Source: Octopus bimaculoides (lineage: Eukaryota). From it: DNA of 64,000 bases. Made by a program: the position numbers and the translations under genes. Of the stretch, positions 25,690 through 39,001 are shown piece by piece. The notes under the pieces were generated by a model. It ran no database searches, was not told the DNA's origin, and worked only from the letters and a program-made list of their open reading frames with translations. Location: NCBI RefSeq assembly GCF_001194135.2, contig NC_068989.1:16997776-17061775 (forward strand), read 5' to 3'. The stretch's first letter is position 1; each line of letters starts with the position of its first letter.

Positions 25690-27090
25690 ATGTATTGTAG
25701 GTAATCTTTCTACTCCTGCCCTTGGATAGAGTCCTCCATATTGAATTCCTTCCTAGTTCTTCTGTCTAGCTTTGCTAATCCAGTTTTCGCCCAATATACA
25801 AAAGCTGCTGAGTATCTAAGTAATGATATTGCCCAAGTATTTACAGCCTTCATTAGATTCGAACCATTTAGCTTTGACTTCATTAGCTTCTTCACCCTCC
25901 TGATGCACTCCTTCTCAATTTTCGTTTTCATTTCTGGAGTTAGTACTCTGTCAGATTCTAATACTCCTAGATACTTATAACTCTCTCCTCCTTTCAATGA
26001 TTTTAATGTCTGGCCATCTGTTGATACCTGTCCCCTTCGCATGACTAGTATTGCACACTTATCTATGCCAAATTCCATGCCTATATCTTTGCTGAAGAGT
26101 CTTACAGTCTGTATTAAGGAATTTATCTCTTTTTCATTCTTATTAAAAAGCTTCAGATCATTCATGTAGAGCAAATGGTTATTTTTTCCATGACTATTTC
26201 TGAACTGACACCCTGCCTTTGCCTTCCTTAATACTAAACTGAGAGGGAACAAACATAAGACAATTATTAAAGGGGACAACGAGTTCCCCTGGAAAATTCC
26301 TCTTTTGATATTAACTTTCCCTAAGAGTGTGTCATCTGAGTAGAGATATACTTTCCATTTCTTCATGCTACAGCTAATTAATTATTTTATGTTGTCTGCT
26401 ATACTGAATATACTCAAACATTCACTTATCTATGAATGTGGAATCATGTCATAGGCTTTCCTATAATCTATCCATGCTGTTGTTAGATTTTTCTTTCTAG
26501 CTTTTATTTCATTTAGAACTGCTTTGTCTATGTATAGTAGATCATGCGTTCCTCTAGCCTTCTTCCTGCAACCTTTCTATTCTTCTAGCAGTAAATTCTG
26601 GTTGTCAAGGTGCTCGTAAATGCTTTTTGAAAGCATTCCTGTTAACCGCTTCCACACTAATGCTAAGCAAGGGATTGGTCTATAGTTGCTAGCTGTATTA
26701 CCTTTGCTCTTATCTTTCATGATGAGTATTGTCCTCCCTCTAGTCATCCAATCTGGTATTATTCCTCAATTAAGGCAGTCTTGAAGTTGTTCCCTCAGCC
26801 TTCCATGTAAACTCCTAAATTTCTTTATGTAGTACTCTTGAACTAAATCTGGTCCTGGGCCTTTCCGATTTGGCATTTTACTCATTAATGCACTAGTTAG
26901 TCTTAGATCTGGCTACTTCTCACTCACTACTTCTTCCCTCACTTTCTTTAACCATACTGCATCTCCATTATGATTGGCTGGTTTATTCTTAATATTACTC
27001 CAGAACTTTCTAACTTCTTCTGCAATAGGTTTCTCATCTTCAGTACTTCGTTCTCCACTATTTATTTGGTCATAAGATCTCCTCTAGTCT
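25690..27090 (-). mobile_element. R4/Dong-like LINE fragment (pre-RT and RT)
   Basis: NRKGPGPD, ASNYRPI, AWIDYRKAYDMIPH, ORF 25710-26366 with GIFQGNSLSP and LLYMNDLK. Confidence 0.9.
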
Positions 27091-27280
27091 TAGCATGCTG
27101 GACAAAATGCTTAGTGTCATTTTTTCCATCTTTCTATTCTGAGTTCAAATTCTGCCAAACCTGACTTTGCCTGTCATCCTTTCAAGGGCAATAAAATAAA
27201 TACCGGATGAACAAAGGTGTTGATGTAATTTCAGACCTTGTACCCATAGTAGAAAGGGTTATTATTATTATTATTATTAT

Positions 27281-27762
27281 TGAGTGAAAGAGCAATGCAT
27301 GCCATCAAAGTGACACTAGGGTACAAATATACGAAACCCAATATACCCACCTGATAAGGGTACACCAGGCACATGCATCACAACCATATGTGCATGTCAT
27401 GGTGATTTTGCATCAAGGTAAATAGCGCATGACCTTGCAGGTGGGGCCCAGTTAGAATTTAAGGATGTTGAACAAAACACCCATGTTTCCAGAGGTGAAT
27501 TATTCAAGCCCCAAAGAATTTCTCTCAACACATGGCTATGATGCTCCACCACTACTTCTGCTCATGATCAGAGATGCACATATCGTCAGCTACAAAGGCC
27601 ATGCTCAACTGATTACGGTCAAGTAACTGACAAGCAAATATGTGGTACTGAGCAGAATATTTGCTGTAGCCCATCTTTTTATACCAAGACAAAACAATAT
27701 CCATGATAACATTTCCAATCAATTAATATCAAAAGCCATGAGAGCCAGTGCTTAGCACTGTA
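27281..27762 (-). mobile_element. (TAA)n-associated element, copy 2
   Basis: Near full length; (ATT)n at 27259-27280. Confidence 0.8.
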
Positions 27763-27795
27763 TCTTCTTCTTCTTCTTCTTCTCCTCCTCCTTCT

Positions 27796-27904
27796 TGAGA
27801 GAGCAGTGCATGCCATCAAAGTGAGACTGGGGTAAAATATACGAAGCCCAGTATACCCATCATGACTACCCGAGAGCCATGAAAGCCACTGCCTGGTAAT
27901 GCAT
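27796..27904 (-). mobile_element. (TAA)n-associated element, internally deleted copy 3
   Basis: Both ends present, middle missing; abuts (ATT)n and the LINE 3' end. Confidence 0.75.
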
Positions 27905-27924
27905 ATTATTATTATTATTATTAT

Positions 27925-29835
27925 TCCTTCGTAACACAGTGTAAGTAAAAATGCACTGGAGTCTTTAGTCATCTGTCAAATCACAACAAGGATATCAGAC
28001 AGATAATACTTAATCCCTTAAGATGTGCGCTGTGTCCAATAAGGCTGCTTTTTGCAAGACATCAATATTGCATGGGATTTCCATCTGCCTTAAGAAGTTT
28101 TGAAGTTTCAATGAGATTGAGCCCATCGCTCTGATCACCACTGGTATCACTTTTACATTACCCTCTCGCATTCCTTAGTCTTGCCATTTCCCCTTTCAAT
28201 TCGGAGTACCTGGTGATTTTTTTCAACCTCTTTACTCACAACAGTCTTGTCATTTGGTATAGCTACATCAATGATCTGACACTATTTGTCTCTCTTATTC
28301 AATATGACAATATCCGGACAACGGTGTTCGATTACACGATCTGTCCGAAAATCATATTCCCAGAATACCGTTACTTTTCCATCCTCCTGCATAACTTTAC
28401 TTGGTACATGCTCATACTAGTTCTCTGTTACTTCATATTGATATTTATAGCATAAGAGCCAGTGAAGATACACACACACTTTATCGTGGCGGCTCTTGTA
28501 TTCTTTTCGTGCAAGGCTCTCACATCCATTTACCGATTGGGTCACATTTTCCACACTCTTTCCACAGTCTGCATTTCTGGGTGTCAGAGGTTTTATAGAA
28601 GTTATACTTCACTGAATTGGTAGCAAGAGCCTGATCTTGTACAGCAATGATCAGGCTTTCGGTGGTATGCTTCAAATCACCTCGCTCAAGCCATGCTCAT
28701 GATGCTGTATTATCCTTAACATCCTGTCTATTCCTTTCAAACTGTCCATGCATTCTCATTTCATGAAAGTCTTCTTTTCTCTTCCCCTCAGCTCTTTGGT
28801 TAAACTCTTCTTTGCCCATCATTTCATCTGCATTTACACCCATATCTTTCGCGGCGTATTGCAGCAGATCTTCATCACTATTTATCAAATACTTGGCAAG
28901 TGTTCTCCTTTCACTCTTTATACAATGGTCTATACTAATTAGTCCTCTGCCACCATTCTTTCTTTTCATATACAGTCTATTTACGTTTGCTTTAGGGTGT
29001 AGCGCCCCATGCAGTGTCATCAACTTTCTCGTCCTTCTATCCAGTGTTGATATTTCCTCCTTAGTCCATTTGAGGATGGACGCACTATATCTGACCACCG
29101 CAACTGCCCAGATATTCATTGTGGTAATCAAATTTTTGGCATTCAGGTTGGATTTCAACACCATCTTTACCTGTTTTGATACGCCTCACTGACCTTCACT
29201 TTCATTTCTCTGTGTAGAATGTTATCCGGCTCCAAAATCCCTAAATATCTGTACCCACTACTGTCAGGCCCACCCATGGTCTCTCCTGATGGTAACCACA
29301 ATCCTCTGCCAGATGCTTTCTTCCCTCTTTTCATATTAAGTATTGAGCATTTGGTAATCCCAAATTCCATACCGATGTCCCTACCACACTTCTTGACTGT
29401 TTTGGTTAAGGAATCTATCTGTCTTTCAGATTTCCGAAACAATTTCAGGGCATCCATATACAGAATATGGTTCATTGGTAACCCATCTTAACCTTCCTAA
29501 GTGTCATTGTTACGGGTATTAGTGAAATTACAAATTGTAATGGAGAAAATGAGTCACCTTGGAAGATTCCCCTTTGAACTTCTCCAAGGAATACATTACT
29601 TGAATACAAATAAGGTTTTTCACTCTTTCATGCTATGCATCTGAAAATTTGTGATGTCAGCAACACCAAATATCTGCAGGCATTCAACGAGCCAAGAACG
29701 AAGCATCATATCATATGCCTTCTCAAAGTCGATCCAAGCCATAGATATGTTTGTATGATGTTTTTTTTTGTTTTTTTTAATGTTTTTTTTAAAAATGATG
29801 ATTATTATTATATGTTCATGTGTTCAGACATAGTT
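27925..29835 (-). mobile_element. R4/Dong-like LINE fragment (RT to RLE, 3' end intact)
   Basis: ORFs 29167-29475 and 28697-29164 (LHGALHPKANVNRLYMKRKNGGRGL); ends in (TAA)n at 27905-27925. Confidence 0.9.
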
Positions 29836-29837
29836 TA

Positions 29838-30000
29838 ATATTCTTCTTCTTGGTATGATATGAAGAAGTTTAACTGCACAAGAATAATTTTTGGGAGTTG
29901 TTTTCATATAGGAAGAAAATAAAGATTTATTTTGGAAGTTTATTAAAACAAAGTTAACAGGAAAAGAAAAGGTTTGTTGTTAGATAAATTTTCTTTTCTT
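29838..30000 (-). mobile_element. Third copy of the 3' tail module
   Basis: Similar to 19880-20000 and 21650-21780 (aagaataatttt..g..ttttcata.aggaaga...aaaggtttgttgtta). Confidence 0.55.
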
Positions 30001-31019
30001 TTCCTGTTTTTGTTTTGCGTTTTTTTTTGTGTTTGCACACATTTAAAATATGGTGATCATTAATGCCCATCAAATCAAGGACTATTGAAGGTGACTGTAT
30101 TTCTTTGGAATTTAGTGACAAAACAGGCATACAAAAAAAAAAAACATTTTGAAGCATAATACATGAACCTTGTAGGGAACAAAATATGAACAATTCTATA
30201 GAAAATAGTAGTCAAGGGTAGTGCTAATGACATATTTACCAAAAACAACAAGAAAAACACCAGAGAGATAGAGAGAGAGGGAAAGAGAGAGAGAGAGAGA
30301 CAAAGAGCAAGCGTGGGGTAGAGAGAGAGAGAAAAAGAGAGAGACAGACTGAGAGTGAACGAGGGAGATGGAGAGAGAGAGAGGAGCAGACAGACAGAGA
30401 GCGAGCGAGGGAGATAGGGAGAGAGAGAGAAAGAGAGAAAGAAAACCTTTGTCAAATGAAAGTACCAACAGAAATTTGAGTGAAATTGCAGTTTTGTGTT
30501 TTGCAAAAAAATTTGCAACAGACAAACTCTTGCTATGGAACATTAGTTAGATGAAAGAAAGACCACATGACTGGACTATATGAGAAAAGAGGTGTTTTGT
30601 ATCTGAAGCTGCTATACAACCATGAAAAGGAAAGAAATGATCTGCTTGTACATTACCAAAGCAACTGGAGGCAGCTCTCACTGATGCCTATAAGGAAACA
30701 ATGGACAAGGAAGGGCATATGGTTCAATATCTTCATTTGCTTTGATGTTCGTTTCTTTTCCATGTTGGTATGTGTGGTATTATGCAAATGTAAAATGTTC
30801 TAAGCTCAAATACAGTCGTATCAAATTTGGTTCATATCCTACCACGTTGAATAAATTGAGTACCAGTAATATATTATGGTCAATTGAAATGACTAGCTTA
30901 CTAATTATCATTATCTCCATTTCAGTGAACATCTCTCAGTTTAACAGCTGTTTTATCTTTTTAGTTGCTAACTCTATTAGAATGTCTGTTGATTAGAATA
31001 TTAATATATTGGCTTGGAA

Positions 31020-31682
31020 GAAACGAAGCCAGTATGCTCTGCTGGATGGGTAATGTCAGTGTGGATATATGACAGTGTAAGTCATTTGAGAGAAAAACTG
31101 GTATTTGAGGCATCAGATGTAGTGTGCAAGAAAGGAGACTGTGCTGGTATGACCATGTAATCTGTAGGAATGAAGACAGTTACATCAAGAGGTGCCAATC
31201 TCTAATTGTGGAAGGAACATGTGGAAGGGGTAGACCCAGGAAGACTTGGGACAAAGTGGTGAGAAAGGATCTGCAGATGCGACTCACAAAGGGGATGACA
31301 AGGGATCAAGATACCTGGCAGTTTGCTGTGCTTGAAAAGACATGTCAAGCTAAATAAAAGTGTGGTTGTCCTTGCATGCACACTTGTCTCCTGCATCCCT
31401 CTCTAGCTGAGCATTCCTAATCTTGCAGGCTCACAGGTGCTGGTGCCATGTAAAAAGCACCTGTACTGGTGCCATATGAACGCACCCTTACTGGTGTTGT
31501 GTAAAAGCACACAGTACACTTTGTAAAGGGGTTGACATTAGGAAGGACATCCAGCCTTGGAAACCATGCCAAAACTGACATGGAGCCTGGGCAGCTCTTC
31601 AGCTGGCCTGCTCCTGTCAGACCATCCAACCCATGCCAGCATTGAAAATGGACGTTAAATGATAATGATGATGATGATGATG
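31020..31682 (+). mobile_element. RTE LINE 3' end with (GAT)n tail
   Basis: ERRLCWYDHV...GRGRPRKTW (ORF 31124-31357), 3' UTR ending ggacgttaaatgat(gat)n. Confidence 0.85.
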
Positions 31683-32436
31683 ATAGATATATTAATTTTG
31701 GAGTATTGATATTATGAATGGTGTGTTTTGATTCTTGATGATTATAGTAAACCTTGTTCGAGGCTTTGTGAGTCATGTGACTGTAGATACTGTGAATTCT
31801 ATAGGTTGACTGTCTATAAACACATATATAAACGCTATCATCATATTAAGCCATCTGACAGATTAAGGAAGACTGTTACCCCTGCAGACTATAGCTAATA
31901 ATCCATAGATGGGTTGTTTCCTCCATCTCTATCTACCACCCATACTGAAATAGCTCTTGCGTCATTTCTTTCTAGCCACTTGGAGGGTGTGTGTTGCCTT
32001 ATGCTTATCTCTAACATAAAAGTTGGTCACAGAGGTTTTTTTATGTCCCTTAACCCAACTGGTGTGCCCACCTATTTCCTTCTGTGATCATCTGTATAGT
32101 GTATCTAATTGCCCTAAATATTTTCAGCTAATCCTGTTGCCTCATAAGTACATCCCTTTGGAACTCTTCCTTTGTCAGCATTTTTCTTATAAAAATGCAG
32201 AAATTTAAGTCTGTATCAACCAGAGACAGTCAACAGTATACACTGGTGCTATACATCCTTTTCTGTCTAAATGATTTTGAAAGATTATTTCGTAACTTTG
32301 CTTGAATCATGTAATAATTAGTCTTGTAATATTTAGATAACTCATACACTGACTAAATAATTAAAAAGAAGTAATGTTTAACTGTGCTTAAATCTTGAAT
32401 TAATTAGCTATACATTAACTGCTTCATTTTCTCTAG

Positions 32437-32468
32437 CTATCTTCTTTCACTGGCAGAGTTGTTGTTTG
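32437..32468 (+). CDS. CFAP119: CFAP119-like copy B, exon 2 (LSSFTGRVVV-W)
   Basis: ttttctctag acceptor, TG|gtaagt donor; TG plus G of exon 3 completes Trp. Confidence 0.75.
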
Positions 32469-32947
32469 GTAAGTTTATTGTTAACTACATCTAATTGAAG
32501 TATTTTGTATCTATTGCAACTCAGCAAGCAGCACTCTAACTTTTATTCTCAGCTAAAGAAGCTAACACAGCAGAACATTACTATAGCATCAATACACACA
32601 AATACAACAATATCCCACATGTATTTAAACAAACCATTGACATATCAATATAAAACAATATACAAGGCAATTGCAACGCCAAGAAACATCTAAATATACT
32701 ACAACATTAGAACACTACAACAATACCAACATCCCAGAAGCATATAAATACATGCTGGATTATGTAATATGTTATCTGAAAAAAAAAAAAAAAATGAGGT
32801 GGTCATAGTTGGAGTGTTTTTTGATCATAGTTTTGCTTGATTCAGAGCTAACCTGGGATAAACAAAAGCTAGCTGACATCAAGCAGTTGTAACATATATG
32901 AGAAATATAAATTCAGTTAATATTCTTTGATAAATGTGCTTGCTGAA

Positions 32948-35900
32948 TGGTGTAAAGTGGTCTTTTGCCACTGTTGTATCTGTCTTTTGACGATGGTTGT
33001 CGCTCTGACAGATATTGTTATATTCTGAAGTCGTCGATAGAATAGTTCTATCTGGCACTGTACGACCCCCCACTCACCCCAGTCGTACAGTGTTATTGTC
33101 CTCAAAAGGTTGGATCAATATAACGCTCACTCAATATCATCGTATAATTAATTACTATATCAGCACAGACACGACTATCAATACAGTCTACATGTACTTT
33201 TGACCGTCAAACCTTCTCCCGTCGACTGGCTACTTGTCTATTTATAATGGCTGGCGACCACCACTTTTTACCAGGTAGTGGAGTGTACAGTTTCACTATA
33301 CAACATCTCCCAATTTAATTATTTTATTTAACAATCAGTTTCTTTTATTCATCCTACCTTCTTTATATATATATACTCACTATCTTTTCTTCTTAGGGTC
33401 TACTTTTAGAAATTCAGTGTCTTTTTTCCTTGCATGTGTGATTTTGACTTGTAATGGTGTTGGAACCTGAAAAGTGTCATATTGCCAATCCATCAGTATT
33501 TCAACTCTTGTTGGTTCCTTTTTAATAACCCTTTCCTTAAGCTGATTTCTGTCTCCTTTCCATTCCATTTCTACTTCTTACATCATACATCAATCTTCCT
33601 ATGTATGTTACAATTTCTCCTTTTTCCCAGTATTTCTTACCATTTTTGAACGTACTTACATGTACTTTATCGCCTAATCTAAAGAATTTTTACTAGGATG
33701 TGTTTTTTCTTCACTGGTAACAGTTTATCGAATACTGACTTTACATTTCTGGCAAACATTAATTGCTGGTGAACTTCCTTTTGGCACATTTAGATTTGGA
33801 GCTACCCTGTATACCCTTCAGAATTGTTGGCTCACGACCTCAACTGTGGCTTCCTTATAAGCTTTCTTTAAAGCTCTCTTAAAAGTGTCCGCAAATTGTT
33901 CGGCTCTTCCATTCGATCTAGGGTGATATAGTACTATTGCTTTATGTTCTAACATGAACATCTTGCAGAATCTTTTAAACTCACACGATACAAACTCTGT
34001 TCCATTATCAGAGACAATAATATCTGGTATACCAAATCTTGCAAACAGCTTGCATAAGAAGTTTATTACCGTATATGAGGTTGGTCGTTTACACTACGTG
34101 ACCTCAGGCCATGTTGTGTAGCTGTCCACCAGGTTTTAAACTTTCATGTCCATGCTTGGCCAGTATACAAAACTTCACATCAACGCTTTCATTCTCGAGA
34201 TGCCTGGGTGTCCCACGTGAAACTCTTTCAGCATTCTCTTCTGTAATGTCTGTGGTATGACCACCCTCTGAGCATACATTAGTACACCATCACATATAGA
34301 GTGCACTCTCACATCTCACTTTATTTCCTTTTGTTGACCACAGTCTTCTATTTTGTCTCATTAATAAATTTGTCATTTCTTGCGTTTCTTTTTATTTCTT
34401 CCAAAGTTACTGGTTGTTCACGCACGATGTTCCTTATCACTTTTTTTGTTTCAGTTCATCGACCTCGTTTGACTACTCCGTTTATGCTATTGCACCAAGC
34501 GCTTATGGATGTATCCCATAAATTAAGTTTCTCCATACATTCGGTGCCAAATAAATTCAGGGATTTTTTCAACACATAAACATTCACTTTTTTTGGTTCG
34601 ACCTTTAAACATTATATAACAAACGCTTTTGCCTGTGAAATATAATTTTCTTCCCATAACACTGTGCGCTACTTTGTTTGAACTACATAATTTTAGTTTA
34701 TCCATTTGTTCCCATGTTTTCTTATTTATGATCATATCACTTCCCATGTCTAATTGCATTCTGACAGTAGTATTTTCAATTTTCACATTCAAGAATTTTC
34801 TGTTTGTTATAGTTACAACTTTTTCTGCTGACAAACTATTTATTTTTTCTTGTTTCTTCTATTTTTCTATCATTCTAGTTTTGTAGTACAATCTTATGTC
34901 CTGTAAACCTGCAGAGAAAACAATTTGCTTTTTTATACGGACGTACTTTTTGCAGGTGCATCTCACCACATGTCATACATGGGTCTACATCCCGATACTT
35001 TTTCTGTTTTTCCAGCAACACTTTATTTGTTTTCCAACTTTTTTGCATTGGTCTTATGTGGAAACACTCTTTCCATTGAATTTCTTCCATGTCATGCCTT
35101 AATTCTAATATCCAGTCACATTCTTCCGACAAAGTCAAATCCTGGTTCATTTCCAGTTTTGATAGAATTTTCGTTTGGATTTCTGCATTCCTTCTATCTT
35201 TCATTCCTTATGCAAAAATCAAACACTTGAAAGAATCTGAAGTAAGCATATCTAGCCTAAATCTCACATTCTTTGTTGACTCTGCCTGTGTAAGCAGTGA
35301 AGTCTTCATTTTCACTTTTTTCTGTGTTTAAACATTTCTATTTCGTATAAAACAGTGACCTCTTTTCACTAAACAATTTGCTCAAAATGTCAACTGTGTC
35401 AGTGAAATTTATGTCGGACGCTTTTTTGGCAATATGAAGTTGCTATACTGCTGTTCCTAGTTTTCTTAAAACTAGACACATTTTCATATCCTGACATTCC
35501 TTTACAAAGATTTGTTGAGATCTTTGAAAGTAAGCCTTGAAGGTTACTCCTGACCTGTGACCATATTTGAATTCTCTTATGGAATTTGCTACATGGTTAG
35601 GGGAAAACAAATTCTCCAGATTGGTTATCGATTTCATTAAGTGTAACATTTGCTGCTGCAATCCTTGTTGTTGTTCTCATTGTTCCTTGAGTTTTTGTTG
35701 TTGCTGTTTTTGCAACTCAACTATCCCAGCTAACAAGTCTTCCATATTTTATGATTTTCAAAAGTTTGCACAACAAGATTTTTGTTTCTTTTTTGTTGAG
35801 GTATTTAATTTTCCACATGAATTAGTTTAAACTCTCTGTGTGAATGTTTTTTTTCACTCCACGTAAATTTATTTTTCCTCGTCGCCACTGTTGTAAAGTG

Positions 35901-36214
35901 GTCTTTTGCCACTGATTGCATCTGTCTTTTAACAACGGTTTTCGCTCTGACAGATATTGTTATATTCGAAAGTCGTTGATAGAATGGTTCTATCTGCCAC
36001 TGCACGGCCTACAGTGTTATTATCCTCAAAAGGTTAGATCGATATAACATCCACTCAGTATCACAGTATAATTACTATATCAGAACAGATATGACTATCA
36101 ACACAGTCTATGCGTACTTCCAACCTTCTTCTGTCGACTGGCTACTGGTCTATTTATAATGGCTGATTGCTACCACTTTTTACCGGGCAGGGTGTACAGT
36201 TTTGCTATACAACA
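32948..36214 (-). mobile_element. Ty3/Gypsy LTR element with both LTRs, lacking RT and RNase H
   Basis: LTRs 35889-36214 and 32948-33305 (TG...CA), PBS TGGCGACGAGG, PPT gggaga, TSD ctgaa/cagaa; gag CCHC knuckles, protease LDMGS, integrase HVGHPG and SDNGTEF..YHPRSNG. Confidence 0.92.
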
Positions 36215-36718
36215 CAGAATCATTAGCATACTGGACAAAATGCATAGCAGCAATTTGTCCATCTCCGAACATTCTGAGTTCAAATTCCATCAAAGTTAAC
36301 TTTGCCTTTCATCCTTTCGGAGTCAATAAAATAAGTACCAGCTGAGCATGGGACAATGTAACCAACTTACCTATTCCCTTGGAATTGCTGGCCTTGTGCC
36401 AAAATTTGAAACCAATATTTTTTTGATAAATGAATGAACGCTACAAAACCCTATTCTGACCAGTTAATAATTATCTTTAATCATGCAGTATCAAATAGTT
36501 AACTCCATTTAGATACTATTACACTGAAGAAATATATATGCATTTATTGCTATATTTAGAGAAAGAAATCTTTACTGTTGCAATTTATTTAAATAATATT
36601 TTAGAAAAAAGAATTTGCTAGTATAGAAAAAAATTCTGCATATAAATGGAATGTTTTGGGATTTGTTGAATAGTATATATATTTTTATCTTTTGTTGTTT
36701 ATGTTGAAATAACCACAG

Positions 36719-36784
36719 GAATGACTTGAATGTTGAACAGTCACAAGCACTTATAGATGCTCCAACGCTGAATGATGTGAGAGA
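36719..36784 (+). CDS. CFAP119: CFAP119-like copy B, exon 3 (NDLNVEQSQALIDAPTLNDVR)
   Basis: ccacag/gtaagt; 66 nt, phase 2-2. Confidence 0.85.
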
Positions 36785-37009
36785 GTAAGTATTTATCTTA
36801 AAAATTACATTTCATCATACTGTCGTTTCTGAAGGTTCATCATTTGATAAAGGAAGCAGTTAAATTGTCAACTTTGCCTTTAATTCCTCCAGGTCCAATA
36901 AAATATGGTACCAGTCTAGTAAGCCTCATCAGAAATAATTAATCACTGGTATTGGTACGCAACTTTAAATTGAGATCTATAAAATATTTAAGTGCTGTAT
37001 TAACACATC

Positions 37010-37510
37010 CATGCTGGTGTTGCATGAACATACCTGTGCCAGTGGCATGTAAAAAGCACCCAGCACACTCTGTTAAGTGGTCGGCATGAAGAAGGGCATC
37101 CAGTCATAGAAACCATGCCACAACACACAGTTGGAATCTGGACAGCTTCTTGCTGTCCAGCTCCATGTCAAACAGTCCAACGTCTGCTCTCTATACTGGC
37201 ATGGGTTGGACTGTTTGAAATGGAGCTGGCTAGTAGAGAGCTGTCCAGACTCCAACTGTGTGTTGTGGCATGGTTTCTATGACTGGATGCCCTTCCTCAT
37301 GCTAACCACTTAACAGAATGTGCTGGGTGCTTTTCATGTGCCACTGGCACAGGTATGTTCATGCAACACCAGCATGTGTGGCACCAGTACCTGAAAGGAC
37401 AAGCCTGTATGTGTGGAAGATAGCAATTTTACTTAGCTTCACATGTCTTATCAAGTACAGCAAATTGCCACATCTCCCATCCCTTGTTATTTCCTCAGTG
37501 AGCCCCAGCA
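37010..37510. repeat. Tail-to-tail inverted pair of RTE 3' UTR sequence (arms 37010-37181 and 37205-37376) plus RTE end fragment
   Basis: Arms are reverse complements; mirrored ORFs 37073-37255(-) and 37131-37313(+) in the ORF track. Confidence 0.9.
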
Positions 37511-37740
37511 TCTGAAGATCAGAAACAAACAAACAAAAAAAAAAATAGATAGGATATTCAGAAATAGAAATAGAACATGTCAGTTTCATGAAGGCTGATG
37601 CAGGAAAAGAACAAAACTGAGTCTATAAAATACTTTTATACATTGTTTACATTTTATATAATTGCCATAAAATGTACTCAAAAATGTTCTTGTCACTGTT
37701 CCTCCTCCCTTAAAATTCTTAGGTTGTATGTGTACCCTGG

Positions 37741-38131
37741 GATTGTTGTTGTTGGTACTCAGTCGCTAACGACATCTAGGGTTCCAGTTGATCCGATCAA
37801 CGGAACAGCCTGCTCGTGAAATTAACGTGCAAGTGGCTGAGCACTCCACAGACACATGTACCCTTAATGTAGTTCTCAGGGATATTCAGCGTGACACAGT
37901 GTGACAAGGCTGACCTTTTGAATTACAGGCACAACAGAAACAGGAAGTAAGAGTGAGAGAAAGTTGTGGTGGAAGAGTACAGCAGGGTTTGCCACCATCC
38001 CCTGCCGGAGCCTCGTGGAGCTTTAGGTGTTTTCGCTCAATAAACACTAACAACGCCTGGTGTGGGAATCGAAACCGCGATCCTATGACTGCGAGACCAC
38101 TGCCCCAACCACTGGGCCATTGCGCCTCCAC
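37741..38131 (-). mobile_element. tRNA-headed SINE family A
   Basis: A-box tggcccagtgg, B-box ggtttcgattccc, (CAA)n tail, TSD accctgg(g/a)att. Confidence 0.9.
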
Positions 38132-38503
38132 ACCCTGGAATTAGGTAACTGGTAAACATACCCTACCAGAAAGATCAAAACAGTTTTAGCAATAAAATTA
38201 GAGGTATTGAATTTCTTTTAATATTTTTAATACTGTTGTACTTGGGGATGGTCATCTTTTGCCAATTAAACACACACACTATTTATTTGATCTTCACTTT
38301 AACTTTAGTATTATTATTTTTAACTTATATGTCTGTCAAAGGTCTTTTGTCACACATTCTGTGATCTCTTAAGCAACTCCTAAGGATGAAATTGAATAGA
38401 CAGAGTAAGAGGGGACACATGGCACAGAGAGTCATTGAAGATGTTGCAGAATATGACAAAAGAAATTTAACAGGCAAATAAACTGAAAATAATAATAATA
38501 CAA

Positions 38504-38856
38504 GCTCCAATCTGATCTGGCAGAGTTTCTACAGCTGGATGCCCTTCCTAACGCCAACCACTCCAAGAGTGTAGTGGATGCTTTTACATGCCACCAGCAC
38601 GAGGGCCAGTCTGGTGGTACTGGCACCATTTGCGCATGGCTGTTGCCAGTACCACCAGACTGGCCCTCGTGCTGGTGGCACATAAAAGCACCTACTACAC
38701 TCTTGGAGTGGTTGGTATTAGGAAGGGCATCCAGCTGTAGAAACTCTGCCAGATCAGATTGGAGCCTGGTGCGGCTATCTGGTTCGCCAGTCCCTGTCAA
38801 ATTGTCCAACCCATGCTAGCATGGAAAGCGGACGTTAAACGATGATGATGATGATG
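38504..38856 (+). repeat. RTE-tail repeat with fold-back arm (38504-38625 / 38644-38765)
   Basis: 122 bp arms, 18 nt spacer, (GAT)n tail at the right end. Confidence 0.9.
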
Positions 38857-39001
38857 AAATAGAAGATAAAAAAATATGGGAAAAGATTATCATCCTTAGA
38901 TATAACAATATCTGTTTCAATCTTGCAAAGCAAATACATAAAACATTAAAAAAAACACATTTTTAATACTTTCTCTTTCAATTCTTTTTGTTGATCTTTA
39001 G

